DNA of 64,000 bases from Alphaproteobacteria bacterium (lineage in GTDB: Bacteria; Pseudomonadota; Alphaproteobacteria; GCA-2731375): positions 64,001 to 128,000 of the forward strand of contig CBDDBZ010000034.1 of the NCBI GenBank assembly GCA_965225945.1, in the 5' to 3' direction. Shown here in pieces: positions 1 to 10,036 of the stretch. Positions within the stretch are counted from its first letter, which is position 1. Each line of letters begins with the position of its first letter. The notes under the pieces are model-generated. The model was not told the DNA's origin and did not search any database. It was given only the letters and a program-made list of their open reading frames with translations. The position numbers and the translations under genes were made by a program.

Positions 1-242
1 TCGAAGGCTGCCAGGGCCGCGCGCCGATCGTTCGCGAACGCGACCCGGTTCTCGCTCCAGCCGAGAGCGACGGCCGCGCGCCGCACCCGGTCCGGTTCCT
101 GGTCGCAAAGCACCTTGAGCGCCAGGCCGTCGATCCGCCGGCTCTGGGCCAGCAGCGTCAGGCCGAACTCGCCGACCCCGATCAAGCCCGCCGTCGCCGG
201 CGCCGCGTCGCTCGCGGTCGCCAGAAGCGCTTGATAGTTCAT
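1..242 (-). CDS. NAD(P)-binding homoserine-dehydrogenase-like/SAF-domain oxidoreductase, N-terminal part (runs off the window)
   Basis: Manual translation from ATG 242: MNYQALLATASDAAPATAGLIGVGEFGLTLLAQSRRIDGL..., a Rossmann GxGxxG motif. Confidence 0.6.
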   Translation of the reverse strand, partial: MNYQALLATASDAAPATAGLIGVGEFGLTLLAQSRRIDGLALKVLCDQEPDRVRRAAVALGWSENRVAFANDRRAALAAF

Positions 243-247
243 GGCGT

Positions 248-670
248 TCACCCTCCGCTCTCGTGCCCCGCCGCCGGCAGCGGACCGACGTCGACGCCGA
301 GTTCGTCTCCGGCGGCGCGCACGGTCTCGGCCCATTGGCCGCGCATGGTCACCACCAGCAGCAAGGGAAAGCGGCAGGTCTTGGCGAGCGAGAGCATGTT
401 GACGCAATTGCCGACGCCGCTCGATTGCATCACAAGCGCGCCGCGCTGGCCGCCGAGCCAGGCCCCGGCCAGAAGTGCGATGCCTTCCTCCTCGCTCGCC
501 AACGGCACCGCGCGAACCTCGTCGCACTCGGCCGAGCGCTCGATCAGCGCTGAGTGACCGCTATCGGGGGCATAGGCGACCTGGACGACGTCGACGTCGC
601 GAAGCACTCGGAAAATCTCGTCCGGCCAGGCGACATCGCCGGCCGGCGAGGGCGTCGGCGCATCGTTCAT
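248..670 (-). pseudogene. Sulfopyruvate/phosphonopyruvate decarboxylase alpha subunit (ComD-like), apparently internally deleted
   Basis: YAPDSGH, EEEGIALLAGAWLGG, MQSSGVGN and TMRGQWAE motifs present; the usual FNPWQVPMG segment is absent; no beta subunit adjacent. Confidence 0.65.
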
Positions 671-887
671 GCCTGGCCTCCGGCGGCCGATGGTAATGGC
701 AAGGTTCCCCGAAAGCGACGGCGGACGGCCCGATCACGAGATCAAGGGCGAGCCCGGCCACGCGGCGTGGCCGATCGGGCGCGCGCTGTCCGCATTCGGC
801 CCGGCCAAGTCTGGGGGACCTCCGAATCTCTCCGGTATATTATCGATAGCCAACAGGCGCGTCGGTGACCCGGAACAGACATCGCGC

Positions 888-1358
888 TCAGCGGCCCGCG
901 GTGCCGCCGCCGTCGATTGTCTGCTCCAGCAGCGGCACGGTTCGCTTTGGATTGGAGCGGTGCTTCAGTTCCACTATTCTGAACCGTACATCGCGAGAAT
1001 TTTTCCCGGTCGTCCGTCGAATCTCCTCGCGCCAGAGGACGCCTTCATAGGCGCCGAGCGACTCGAACCATGGCTCCTTTCCGGTCGAATATTGCACACC
1101 CATCGCGTCCATGGTGTAGGCGACGGTGGCTCCGACGAAGCGGCCACGTAGGCGCATCAAAAATTCCAGGAGGACGATGAGACCGACGCCCAGGCCGCAG
1201 GCCACCAGAAAGCGATCTTCGTAGACTTCGATTCCGTAGACGCCGATGACGACCACCCAGATGCCGAGGACCGCCACTTGAGCGGCCCGCCAAAACGACC
1301 GATCGTGCTTCTTGTGGATCACGATGGGGAGTTCGGCGAACGGGTCGCTGGTCGTCAT
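888..1358 (-). CDS. Hypothetical membrane protein (two TM helices)
   Basis: ORF with two hydrophobic stretches; ATG 1358 preceded by a GGGGAAG RBS-like sequence. Confidence 0.5.
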   Translation of the reverse strand: MTTSDPFAELPIVIHKKHDRSFWRAAQVAVLGIWVVVIGVYGIEVYEDRFLVACGLGVGLIVLLEFLMRLRGRFVGATVAYTMDAMGVQYSTGKEPWFESLGAYEGVLWREEIRRTTGKNSRDVRFRIVELKHRSNPKRTVPLLEQTIDGGGTAGR

Positions 1359-1531
1359 GTCGGCTTCCCCCCTCGCGATCCGGCGGCCGACGAGACCTTG
1401 CGGCCGACGAGGTCGCCGGACATCGCCGTCGACCACCGGCGCCCGGCTTCGGTGTATCATCCGTCCCGTGCGTCGGTAACGCGCCCAAAGTGTAGCGAGC
1501 GGGTCGTGCGGAGTCTAAATCGGGAGGCCGA

Positions 1532-1598
1532 GCCCCAGAGCCATATCCGAACGGATCGAACCGGTGCGGTTCGATCCGTTCGGATATGGCTCTGGGGC
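1532..1598. repeat. Perfect 32-bp inverted repeat (REP/MITE-like palindrome)
   Basis: gccccagagccatatccgaacggatcgaaccg-gtg-cggttcgatccgttcggatatggctctggggc; near-identical core at 20567-20628. Confidence 0.9.
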
Positions 1599-2257
1599 GC
1601 GCCGATCTGCTGGAACACGGCCGCGCTGCACCCCGAGCGCGTTGCCGCGATCGCCGCGTGAGCGTCCCCTACCGCCGGCGCCCCCCGGTCTCGCCGCTCG
1701 ATCTCTGGCGCCGGCTCTACGAGGGCAAATTCTTCTACCAGCTCTATTTCCTCCAAGTGGGCGTGGTCGAGGCGGAGCTGGAGGCCGACGTGCGCACGGC
1801 CTTGCGCAAGATCTACTATTCGATTTCGGGCGACGCCGCCTCGCTCGACGGTTGGCTCGACCGGCCGGCGGAGGGCGGACTGTTGGCGGGGATGATCGAC
1901 CCGGACCCGTTCCCGGCCTGGATGACGCCGGCGGACCTCGACTATTTCACCGCCGCCTTCGAGGCCGGCGGCTTTCGCGGGCCCATCAACCGCTACCGCA
2001 ACCAAGCCAAAGATTTCGAGACCCTGCCCGAGATGGGCGCCCGAGCGGTCGAGCAGCCGAGCTGCTTCATCGCCGACGCCGGGGACGTGGTGCGCCGCTT
2101 CGTCCCCGGCCGCGACGGCTATGAGAACATCGACGGCAATTGCACCGATTTCCGCTTCAGCCGAATACTCGACGGCGCCGGCCACCGGGTTCGGCGGGAG
2201 GCGCCGGAGGCGGTCGATACGGCGTTGCTCGAGTTCCTCGCCTCGCCTCGCTCATGA
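1593..2257 (+). pseudogene. Epoxide hydrolase / alpha-beta hydrolase, 5'-truncated and frameshifted
   Basis: WGAPICWNTAALHPERVAAI in one frame, continuing SVPY...FYQLYF...GFRGPINRYRN...GAGHRV in another; N-terminus missing. Confidence 0.75.
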
Positions 2258-2324
2258 CCGCCCCATGGATCGCGCGGCGCCGAGCCCCTAAGCTCTTGGC
2301 GCGGAACGATTCGGTGGGGCGGAG

Positions 2325-5300
2325 ATGGCGGTTGATATCGCGGCATGGCTGGCGGAGCTCGGTCTGGAGCGATACGCCGAGGCCTTCGCGGAGAACGAGA
2401 TCGATGCCGGCGCGCTGCCGCACCTGAGCGAGGACGACCTCCGGGATATGGGCCTGGCGCTGGGGCCGCGGCGCAAGATCCTGGCGGCCATCGATGGTTT
2501 CGACCCGCAAGCCGAATTTACCCCGCCCGACGCGGCGCCGGCGCCCCCCGAGGCGGAGCGGCGGCAACTGACCGTGCTGTTCGTCGATCTCGTCGGCTCG
2601 ACCGCGCTCTCGCAAGCGCTCGACCCGGAAGATATGCTGGCGGCCATCACCCTCTACCAGAACACAGTCGCCGGCGTGGTGACGCGCTTCGACGGCCATG
2701 TCGCCAAATACATGGGCGACGGCGTGCTGTGTTATTTCGGCTGGCCCCGGGCGCACGAGGACGACGCGGAGCGTGCCGTCCGCGCCGCGCTCGCCGCCGT
2801 CCACGCGTTGCCGGGTCTTTCCGCGCCGAACGGCGAGGCGCTCGCCGCCCGCGCCGGTATCGCCACCGGTCTGGTCGTGGTCGGCGACCTGGTCGGCGAG
2901 GGCGCGGCGCAGGAGGAGGCGGTGGTCGGCGAGACGCCCAACCTCGCCGCCCGGATGCAAGCGCTGGCCGAGCCGGACCAGGTGGTCGTCGCGGAATCGA
3001 CACGGCAATTGCTGGGCAATCTCTTCGAGCTGGCGGATCTCGGCGGCCACGAGCTGAAGGGGTTCACCGGTCCGACGGCGGCCCATGCGGTGCTCGGCGA
3101 ACGCGCGGTCGAGAGCCGCTTCGAGGCCCGCGCCGCCGGCACCGTCGCCCAAATGGTCGGGCGCGATCACGAGCTCGCCCTGATGGGGGAGCGCTGGTCG
3201 CGGGCCCGCGATGGCGAGGGCCAACTGCTGCTGCTCACCGGCGAGGCGGGGATCGGCAAGTCGCGCCTGGTCCGGGCGATGATCGACGCGGTCGCGGAAA
3301 CACCTCACGTCCGCGTCAACCTCCAGTGCTCGCCCTATCACGCCGAATCCAGCCTCTATCCGGCGATCCAGCACATCACCTTCGCCGCCGGAATCGAGGC
3401 CGGCGACAGCGCGGACGAGAAGCTCGACAAGCTGGAAGCGGTGCTGCTGAACGACGACGCCGCCCTCTTCGCCGCCCTGCTGGATATCCCGGCGGAGCAC
3501 CGCTATGGGCCCCTGGAGTTGACCCCGCCGCGGCAGCGGGCGCGGACGCTTCAAGCTTTCGTTGACCAGTTCATCGCGCTATCGGCCACGCAACCGGTAT
3601 TGTTCGTGCTGGAGGACGCGCACTGGATCGACGCCTCCACCCTGGAGCTGCTGGACTTGGCACTCGATCAGGTGGCCACGGCGCCGGTGCTGTTGCTGAT
3701 CACCGCGCGGCCGACCTTCGCCCACGGCTTCGGCGGCCATCCGATCGTCGGCACCCTGGCGCTCAATCGCCTCGGGCGCGATCAAGTCTCGGCCATCGTC
3801 GCCGAGATCACCGGCGGCAAGACGCTGCCCGAGGAGCTGATGGAGGAGATCGCCGCCAAAACCGACGGCGTGCCGCTGTTCGTCGAGGAACTGACCAAGA
3901 CGGTGCTGGAATCGGGCGAGCTCAGGGACCTGGGCGAGCGCTACGAGCTCACCGGGCCGCCCGGCCGCCTCGCCATTCCCGCGACGCTGCACGATTCGCT
4001 GATGGCCCGGCTCGATCGCCTGCAGCCGGTCAAGGAAGTCGCCCAGACCGCCGCCTGCATCGGCCGCCAGTTCGACTATCCGCTGATCGCCCGAATCTCC
4101 CCGCTCGACGGCGTCGCGCTGGGCGAGGCGTTGGAGCAACTGGTCGCCGCCGAGCTGATCTTCCGCCGCGGCGTCGTGCCCGAGGCGAGCTTCACCTTCA
4201 AGCACGCGCTGGTCCGCGATGCCGCCTACGAGAGCCTGCTGCGGTCGCGCCGCCAGGCGATCCACGCCAAGCTGGTCGAGGCGCTGGAGGCCGACGGCGA
4301 GGCGCCCGCGGAGCTGATCGCCCGGCACGCGAGCGAAGCGGGCCTGAAGGAGAAGGCGATCGGGCACTGGAAACGGGCCGGCGCCGCCGCCTCGGCGCGC
4401 CCCGCCTACGAGGAGGCGGCCAGCCACCTCGAGGCCGCGCTCGATCTGGTCGCCCAGATGGACGATCCCGAAGCCTGGCGCGAGCGTGAGCTCGAGCTGT
4501 TGGTGCAGCTCGCGCAGATCCAAATGGCGAAATACGGCTACACCTCGGATGTGGCCGTCAGGACCTTCAAGCGCGCGAGTGCCATGATCGACGCCACCGG
4601 GAACATGGAGCTCCGCGTGGCCATCTATTACGGCATGTGGATCGGACCCTACCTCGGAGCCGATCATGCGTCATGTCTCGAACTCAGCAGCCGCTTCGTC
4701 GACGAGGTCGATCGCCAGGAGACGCCCATTCCGCGGATCATCGCGCACCGTATGCGGGCGGCGACGCTGATCTCCCTCGGGCGATCGGGCGAGGCCTTGG
4801 ATCACCTGGCGATCTCCTTCTCGCTATACCAGGAGCAAAGCGATCCGGATTTCGCCAACCGTTTCGCCCAGGAACCGGGCGTGCAGATCAAATGGCACCA
4901 GTTCCTCGCGCTCTGGATGTGCGGCCGGGTCGACCAGGCGGTCGAGGTCGCGCGGCAAGCCATGGATTCGGCCCGGGAACTCCAGCACGCCAACACCATC
5001 TGCTATGCGGCGCTGCATTGGGTCGTGCTTGCCATGTTGTGCCGCGATTACAAAATGCTCCGCCCGGTCAACGACGAGGCGCTGGCCGTCGCCACCCAAC
5101 ACGGCATGTCCTTGTGGATCGTCTACGGCGCAATGGGCGATCAGTTGGTCCGGAGCCGCGACGGCGACGAGGCCGCCTTGGAACGCATGGAGGCCATGTA
5201 CGCGGAATACCTGGCGAGCGGGGGCGGCCTCTGGATGACGCTCTACCTGGCGGAACAGGCCAAGGAATATCTGCGTTTGGGCCAGATCTCCCGGGCGAGC

Positions 5301-5633
5301 GCCGCCGTCGAGTCGGGGCTGGGTTATGTCGAGTCGGGCGAAGAGCGCTGGGTGGAGTCCGAGCTTCGGCGCATCCAGGGCGAAATTCACCTCGCCCGAG
5401 CGCGAGCGGGGGAGGCGGACGCGTCCTACGCGCGGGCCATCGAGGTCGCGCGGGGCCAGGGCGCCAAGACCTTGGAACTGCGCGCCGCCACCGGTCGTGC
5501 CCGGCTATGGGCGGAGCGCGGCGAGCGGGCCGAGGCGCTGGCACTACTGCAACCGCTTTACGACGGTTTCGCCGAGGGCCACGGCACGGCGGACCTGATC
5601 GAGGCGCTGGCGCTGCTGGAAAGCCTGGCCTGA
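2325..5633 (+). CDS. SAM domain - class III adenylate/guanylate cyclase - STAND (AAA) ATPase - TPR protein
   Basis: SAM (WLAELGLERYAEAFAENEID), cyclase (ERRQLTVLFVDLVGST, YMGDG, GETPNLAAR), Walker A GEAGIGKS, LEDAHWID, GVPLFVEEL, TPR tail. Confidence 0.92.
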   Translation: MAVDIAAWLAELGLERYAEAFAENEIDAGALPHLSEDDLRDMGLALGPRRKILAAIDGFDPQAEFTPPDAAPAPPEAERRQLTVLFVDLVGSTALSQALDPEDMLAAITLYQNTVAGVVTRFDGHVAKYMGDGVLCYFGWPRAHEDDAERAVRAALAAVHALPGLSAPNGEALAARAGIATGLVVVGDLVGEGAAQEEAVVGETPNLAARMQALAEPDQVVVAESTRQLLGNLFELADLGGHELKGFTGPTAAHAVLGERAVESRFEARAAGTVAQMVGRDHELALMGERWSRARDGEGQLLLLTGEAGIGKSRLVRAMIDAVAETPHVRVNLQCSPYHAESSLYPAIQHITFAAGIEAGDSADEKLDKLEAVLLNDDAALFAALLDIPAEHRYGPLELTPPRQRARTLQAFVDQFIALSATQPVLFVLEDAHWIDASTLELLDLALDQVATAPVLLLITARPTFAHGFGGHPIVGTLALNRLGRDQVSAIVAEITGGKTLPEELMEEIAAKTDGVPLFVEELTKTVLESGELRDLGERYELTGPPGRLAIPATLHDSLMARLDRLQPVKEVAQTAACIGRQFDYPLIARISPLDGVALGEALEQLVAAELIFRRGVVPEASFTFKHALVRDAAYESLLRSRRQAIHAKLVEALEADGEAPAELIARHASEAGLKEKAIGHWKRAGAAASARPAYEEAASHLEAALDLVAQMDDPEAWRERELELLVQLAQIQMAKYGYTSDVAVRTFKRASAMIDATGNMELRVAIYYGMWIGPYLGADHASCLELSSRFVDEVDRQETPIPRIIAHRMRAATLISLGRSGEALDHLAISFSLYQEQSDPDFANRFAQEPGVQIKWHQFLALWMCGRVDQAVEVARQAMDSARELQHANTICYAALHWVVLAMLCRDYKMLRPVNDEALAVATQHGMSLWIVYGAMGDQLVRSRDGDEAALERMEAMYAEYLASGGGLWMTLYLAEQAKEYLRLGQISRASAAVESGLGYVESGEERWVESELRRIQGEIHLARARAGEADASYARAIEVARGQGAKTLELRAATGRARLWAERGERAEALALLQPLYDGFAEGHGTADLIEALALLESLA

Positions 5634-5675
5634 AGCGCGGGCTTGCGAAACGACTCATCGACTTCTTCGCTTCTC

Positions 5676-5794
5676 GACGTCATCGCGAACGAGCGAAGCG
5701 AGTGTGGCGATCCAGCAGGCCTCGATGCCGCGCAAAAACCTCGAAGCGCCGGGCACGAGGCCCTGGGTCGCCACGCTTCGCTCGCGACGACGTC
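5676..5794. repeat. REP-like palindromic element (gtcatcgcga...gcgaagcg / cgcttcgctcgcgacgac type)
   Basis: Imperfect long inverted repeat between convergent genes; resembles a common alphaproteobacterial extragenic palindrome. Confidence 0.7.
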
Positions 5795-5852
5795 TCGTGT
5801 GGACGATGGGTCCGGTCATGGGTCCGCTGGCCTGAGGCTCAGGCACCCGGCG

Positions 5853-6155
5853 TCAGACCTCGCGGCGCAGCAGCACGCTCTCGACGGTGGGGAACTGGCG
5901 GATCCGCTGGGCGATGTGGTCGGCCTGGGCGGCCTCGAGGCCGTCCACCGTCAGCTCGATTCTGATATCTTCCGCGCCCGCCTCCGAGGTCACCCGGGCG
6001 GGGATGAGACCGCGGAGCACGAAGAGCTCCACCACGCGGGAGAGCACGGAGGGCTCGCGCACCGCGCGGACGGCGAAATGGGCCCGTGCCGGCGACGATT
6101 CAGCCAGCGACGAGGGGTCCGGTTGGGCTCGGTCTGATTGGGCTTGTAGGGACAT
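5853..6155 (-). CDS. Stand-alone ACT-domain protein (AHAS small-subunit-like)
   Basis: EPSVLSRVVELFVLRGLIP...IAQRIRQFPTVESV pattern. Confidence 0.75.
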   Translation of the reverse strand: MSLQAQSDRAQPDPSSLAESSPARAHFAVRAVREPSVLSRVVELFVLRGLIPARVTSEAGAEDIRIELTVDGLEAAQADHIAQRIRQFPTVESVLLRREV

Positions 6156-6357
6156 CGATTAAGACTCTCGATCGAGGAAGAAACGGGAAGGCGACGGTCG
6201 CGCCGCCAGTCATTCCGATCACGCGCGCGTGATCGGGCCCGTAATTCGCGCGCTGCCGACGCTCGGCCGCGCAATCCTCGTCGATTGCCTTTTCATGAAG
6301 CGAACTATACAGCAAATGACGCGGCGATGAAAGCCCTTGAGAAAGCTATCGAGGCGA

Positions 6358-7296
6358 TCAGCCGCCCGTGGCGTGGTCTCGATACCACTCGGCGACCTCG
6401 CCCGCGCAGGCTTGCCAGACGCGATCGTAGCCGGACAAGCGCGCCAACGCCTCGTCGAGGTAGCGAATGCGGTGCGCCTGGCCCAGGAGCCAGGGGTGCA
6501 CGCCGAGGGTGAAGACGCTGCCCGACGGGCTCGCCTCCTCGTGCAGGTAGTCGAAGGCCTCGAGCACCACGTCGCGCCAGCGGGGCGGCGCGACGCGGCG
6601 GATCGCCATCAGTTGCGTGTCGTCCCATTGGGCCTGATTGGGCATGGAAATCAGCGGTCGGCCGAGCTTCATGGCATAGGGCTGATCGTCGTTCGGCCAA
6701 TCGGCGAGGTAGGAGAGACCGGCCTCGCCGAGCAGTCGGGGTGTCAGGGCCGATTGGTTGAAATCCTGCCCGAACCAGCCCCTGGGCCGGGCGCCGGCCG
6801 TGGCCTCCACGGTGCCCAAGGCGTCCTCGATGGTCGCGCGTTCCTCGTCCTCGCTCATCCGGCTGGTGATCATCCGCGTCGCCGCCGTGCCGTGGGCGGC
6901 GATCTCGAAGCCGCGTTTCGTGCATTCCTCGATCAAGCTCGGATAGCGCTCGCACACCATGGCGTTGGCGGCGACCGTCGCCTTGATGGCGTGGCGATCG
7001 AGGGCGTCGAGGACGCGGAAGACGCCGATCCTGTTGCCGTGTTCGCGGCGCGAATAGTTTACATAGTCGGGGAAATGGCTGCCCAGTGCGCCGCCGTAGC
7101 GGGGATCGCGCACCGTGCCTTCGGGCGGATCGAGCTCGAGGTATTCGAGATAGAGGTAGACGCAGAAGGCAATCCGGGCGCCCTCCGGCCAGGCCATGGG
7201 CGATCGCTTCGGCAGCGGTACGTAGTCGAAATGGTCGTGGTCGTAGCCCGCGCCGGCGCGGTATCGGATCGTTTGGCCGGGTTTTTCTCGCCCCAT
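6358..7296 (-). CDS. Polysaccharide deacetylase family protein (PuuE/allantoinase-like)
   Basis: WPEGARIAF, REHGNRIGVFR, DWPNDDQP, LGVHPWLLGQAHRI. Confidence 0.85.
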   Translation of the reverse strand: MGREKPGQTIRYRAGAGYDHDHFDYVPLPKRSPMAWPEGARIAFCVYLYLEYLELDPPEGTVRDPRYGGALGSHFPDYVNYSRREHGNRIGVFRVLDALDRHAIKATVAANAMVCERYPSLIEECTKRGFEIAAHGTAATRMITSRMSEDEERATIEDALGTVEATAGARPRGWFGQDFNQSALTPRLLGEAGLSYLADWPNDDQPYAMKLGRPLISMPNQAQWDDTQLMAIRRVAPPRWRDVVLEAFDYLHEEASPSGSVFTLGVHPWLLGQAHRIRYLDEALARLSGYDRVWQACAGEVAEWYRDHATGG

Positions 7297-7300
7297 GACG

Positions 7301-8269
7301 TCACCCCTCGGCTCGGGTGCTAAGCCCCAGGTGGGCCTCCACGGCGGGCAGGACATGGGCGATGTAATGATCAGCGATCTCCTCCCCCGTCGCCCACCAG
7401 ACGTCGTCGTGCCCCTTGATATAGCTGAGCGCGCGGTCGAGATGGCGGATGCGGTGGGGCTGGCCGTAGAGATAGGGGTGGAGCGCGATCGCCATCACCC
7501 GCCCGCTCTCGGCGCCCTCGGCGTAAAGGGTGTCGAAATGGTCGGTGATCATGCGGGCGAACTCCTCGCCCTCGGTGTGGCTGCGGTATTCGATGGAGTC
7601 GTTGATATCCATCGAATAGGGCACGGTGATCAGCTTGCCGGTGCGAACTTTCATCGGGAAGGGCTGGTCGTCGTGGTACCAGTCCGAGCAGTATTTGATC
7701 CCCGCCTCGGCCACCAGATCGGGGGTATTCAGCGTGAAGGAGGCGGCCGGCCCGAACCAGCCGGCGAGCTGGCGCCCGCTCGCCCGCCGGAGCACTTCGA
7801 CGCAGTCCTGGATGACCTCGCGCTCCTCGTCTTCGGCCAGGCCCCAGAGATAGCGCGTGTTGTAGATGCCGTGGCAGAGATAGTCGTAGCTCCGCGCCTC
7901 CATCGCCTCGAAGATTTCCGGGTAGTGCTCGATGACCGAGAAATTGAGCGAGACGGTGCAGCGGATTTCGTGCTTGTCCATCAGCTCGAACATGCGCCAG
8001 ACGCCGACCCGATTGCCATAATCCCTGACGCCGTAGCCGAGGACGTCGGGGTGCGGCGAGCGCGGCCACGGATCGCGCACGTTGGCATGCACGGGGAGGT
8101 ATTCGTAATGCTCGATATTGGGCAGCACCCAGACCGCGAGGCGGGCATCCCCGGGCCAGGTGATCTTGGGGCGGTCGCGAATCGGCGAATAGACGATGCG
8201 GTCGGGCTCCATGCCTATTGGCTCCTGAATACCGTGGGTCGGGCGATCGTAGAGGCGCGGTTGGTCCAT
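7301..8269 (-). CDS. Polysaccharide deacetylase family protein (PuuE/allantoinase-like)
   Basis: WPGDARLAVW, RDYGNRVGVWR, DWYHDDQP, IALHPYLYGQPHRI; alternative start at 8212. Confidence 0.88.
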   Translation of the reverse strand: MDQPRLYDRPTHGIQEPIGMEPDRIVYSPIRDRPKITWPGDARLAVWVLPNIEHYEYLPVHANVRDPWPRSPHPDVLGYGVRDYGNRVGVWRMFELMDKHEIRCTVSLNFSVIEHYPEIFEAMEARSYDYLCHGIYNTRYLWGLAEDEEREVIQDCVEVLRRASGRQLAGWFGPAASFTLNTPDLVAEAGIKYCSDWYHDDQPFPMKVRTGKLITVPYSMDINDSIEYRSHTEGEEFARMITDHFDTLYAEGAESGRVMAIALHPYLYGQPHRIRHLDRALSYIKGHDDVWWATGEEIADHYIAHVLPAVEAHLGLSTRAEG

Positions 8270-8572
8270 CGCAACGCGACGCGATCGTCACGCGAAGCGA
8301 TCGACGCGGTGGGGGCCGGATAGATCTCCAGCGTCTCGCTGGCGATCGGTCGGTGCCTTGCCTGCCACGGCCCCTAGACGCTCGGCGATCAGGCGATCGC
8401 GGAGGTCGACGGAGTGGTGAGCGCGGCCTCGCAAGGCGAGTTCTCGGTGGCAGGGGGAAAATCCGTTTCGCAAAAATGGCATTTCTGTCGGTGAAATTGA
8501 TCATATTCTCTCTAGCCATTGGTGTATCATCGCCATAATCACCGATATGGCCCCAGAATTAGTGATTTACTC

Positions 8573-9795
8573 CATGGTACACGACGGCATTTACGTAGGA
8601 CGTTGAAAAGGTTGTAGGATTCCCGATTCACTCCACGACGAGTCAAGAGGGAAATCATGCGAGACAACCCGATCAACGCCCTGCGTGAGACGCTGCGATG
8701 CGGCTTCGCCTTTCGCAAGAGCCGTCTGGAGAGCCTTTGCGTCTTGGTCTTCGGCGTGTTCGTCGCCCGGACGGTGAACCTCTCTCACTTGGCCTGCCAC
8801 TTTCCGGGGCGCGCGCGATCCAGCTCCAACTATCGGCGCCTGCAACGGTTTTTCGAGCAAGTCGATTTCGATTACGATCGCCTCGCCGAGTTCCTGGTCG
8901 CGATGATGGGGCTCCAGGCGGGGCCGTGGCGGCTGACCATGGACCGGACCAACTGGCGGCTGGGTCGCCGCGACGTCAACATCTTGATGATCGGCATCGT
9001 CAACCGCGCCATCGCCATTCCCGTGTGCTGGCGGGTGCTCGACAAGGCGGGCAATTCCAATACCAAGGAGCGGATCGCGATCCTCGAACACGTCCTCCGG
9101 CTCTTCGGGGTCGACAAGATCGCCAGCCTCCTGGCCGACCGGGAATTCATCGGCGACGCCTGGCTGGCATGGTTGCAGGAAAAGGCCATCCCCTTTCACA
9201 TCCGCATCCGATCCAACATCAAGATCGCCAACACGCGTGGTCGCATGGTCAAGGCGAGGGAGCTGTTTCGCGACCTCAAACCCGGGGAAAGCCGCATCCT
9301 CTCCAACGCCAGGCGCCTCTCGGAGGCCAGAAAACCCAAGGCCAGGCCCGTCTTCGTCGCCGCGCTCCATCTCAAGACCGGCGAACTGTTGATCGTCGTG
9401 ACCAACGACGCGCCCGAGGAGGCCTTGGCCATCTACGCCCAGCGCTGGCAAATCGAGACCCTCTTCGCCGCCTTGAAAACCCGTGGCTTCAACCTCGAAG
9501 ACACCCACATGACCGACCCGGAGCGCATCTCCAAGCTCACCGCCGTCCTTTCCATCACCTTCTGCTGGGCGCACAAAGTCGGCGATTGGCTCCACGAGGC
9601 CGAGCCGATCCGCCTCAAAACCCACAAAAGGATGGCAAAATCCATCTTCCGATACGGTTTCGAGTGGATAAGGCGACAGCTCGTCAATCCTATCGACAGG
9701 CGTCAAGCCATTGAGCTGATTCGTTTCCTCGTCCCCGGAAAACCACCAGTCCAGGTGCCCAGGCCAAAGCCAGCATGAACGAGTCGTGTACTGTG
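8573..9795 (+). mobile_element. Complete IS4-family insertion sequence
   Basis: Terminal IRs catggtacacgac / gtcgtgtactgtg (11/13 match); 9-bp direct repeat GATTTACTC at 8564-8572 and 9796-9804. Confidence 0.88.
8657..9778 (+). CDS. IS4-family DDE transposase
   Basis: MDRTNW, LLADREFIG, YAQRWQIETLFAALKTRGFNLEDTH (YREK motif). Confidence 0.92.
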   Translation: MRDNPINALRETLRCGFAFRKSRLESLCVLVFGVFVARTVNLSHLACHFPGRARSSSNYRRLQRFFEQVDFDYDRLAEFLVAMMGLQAGPWRLTMDRTNWRLGRRDVNILMIGIVNRAIAIPVCWRVLDKAGNSNTKERIAILEHVLRLFGVDKIASLLADREFIGDAWLAWLQEKAIPFHIRIRSNIKIANTRGRMVKARELFRDLKPGESRILSNARRLSEARKPKARPVFVAALHLKTGELLIVVTNDAPEEALAIYAQRWQIETLFAALKTRGFNLEDTHMTDPERISKLTAVLSITFCWAHKVGDWLHEAEPIRLKTHKRMAKSIFRYGFEWIRRQLVNPIDRRQAIELIRFLVPGKPPVQVPRPKPA

Positions 9796-10036
9796 GATTT
9801 ACTCACACATCCTGGCGCCGTCAGATGGATCGAGGCCACGAAGGCGAACGGAACATTCGTGGCGGAGGCGGTCGAGCGGCCGAGCCTGTCGCCGTCGATG
9901 CGATATGGGCGCCTTCCGGGCGGGCGCGGGGCGATCGGCCCATGGCCTTGCCGCCGGGTTGGCTCGACGTCGGGAGTTGGGGGTATAGTGCCCGTCAGGC
10001 CAGTGCGGCCACTTATGGGACTCTTAGCCAAGAGCC

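Noticed and set aside
8288-8482. Short minus-strand ORF ending HRVDRFA
   Set aside because: Possibly a C-terminal remnant of an FAD oxidoreductase, but too short and degraded to support a call.
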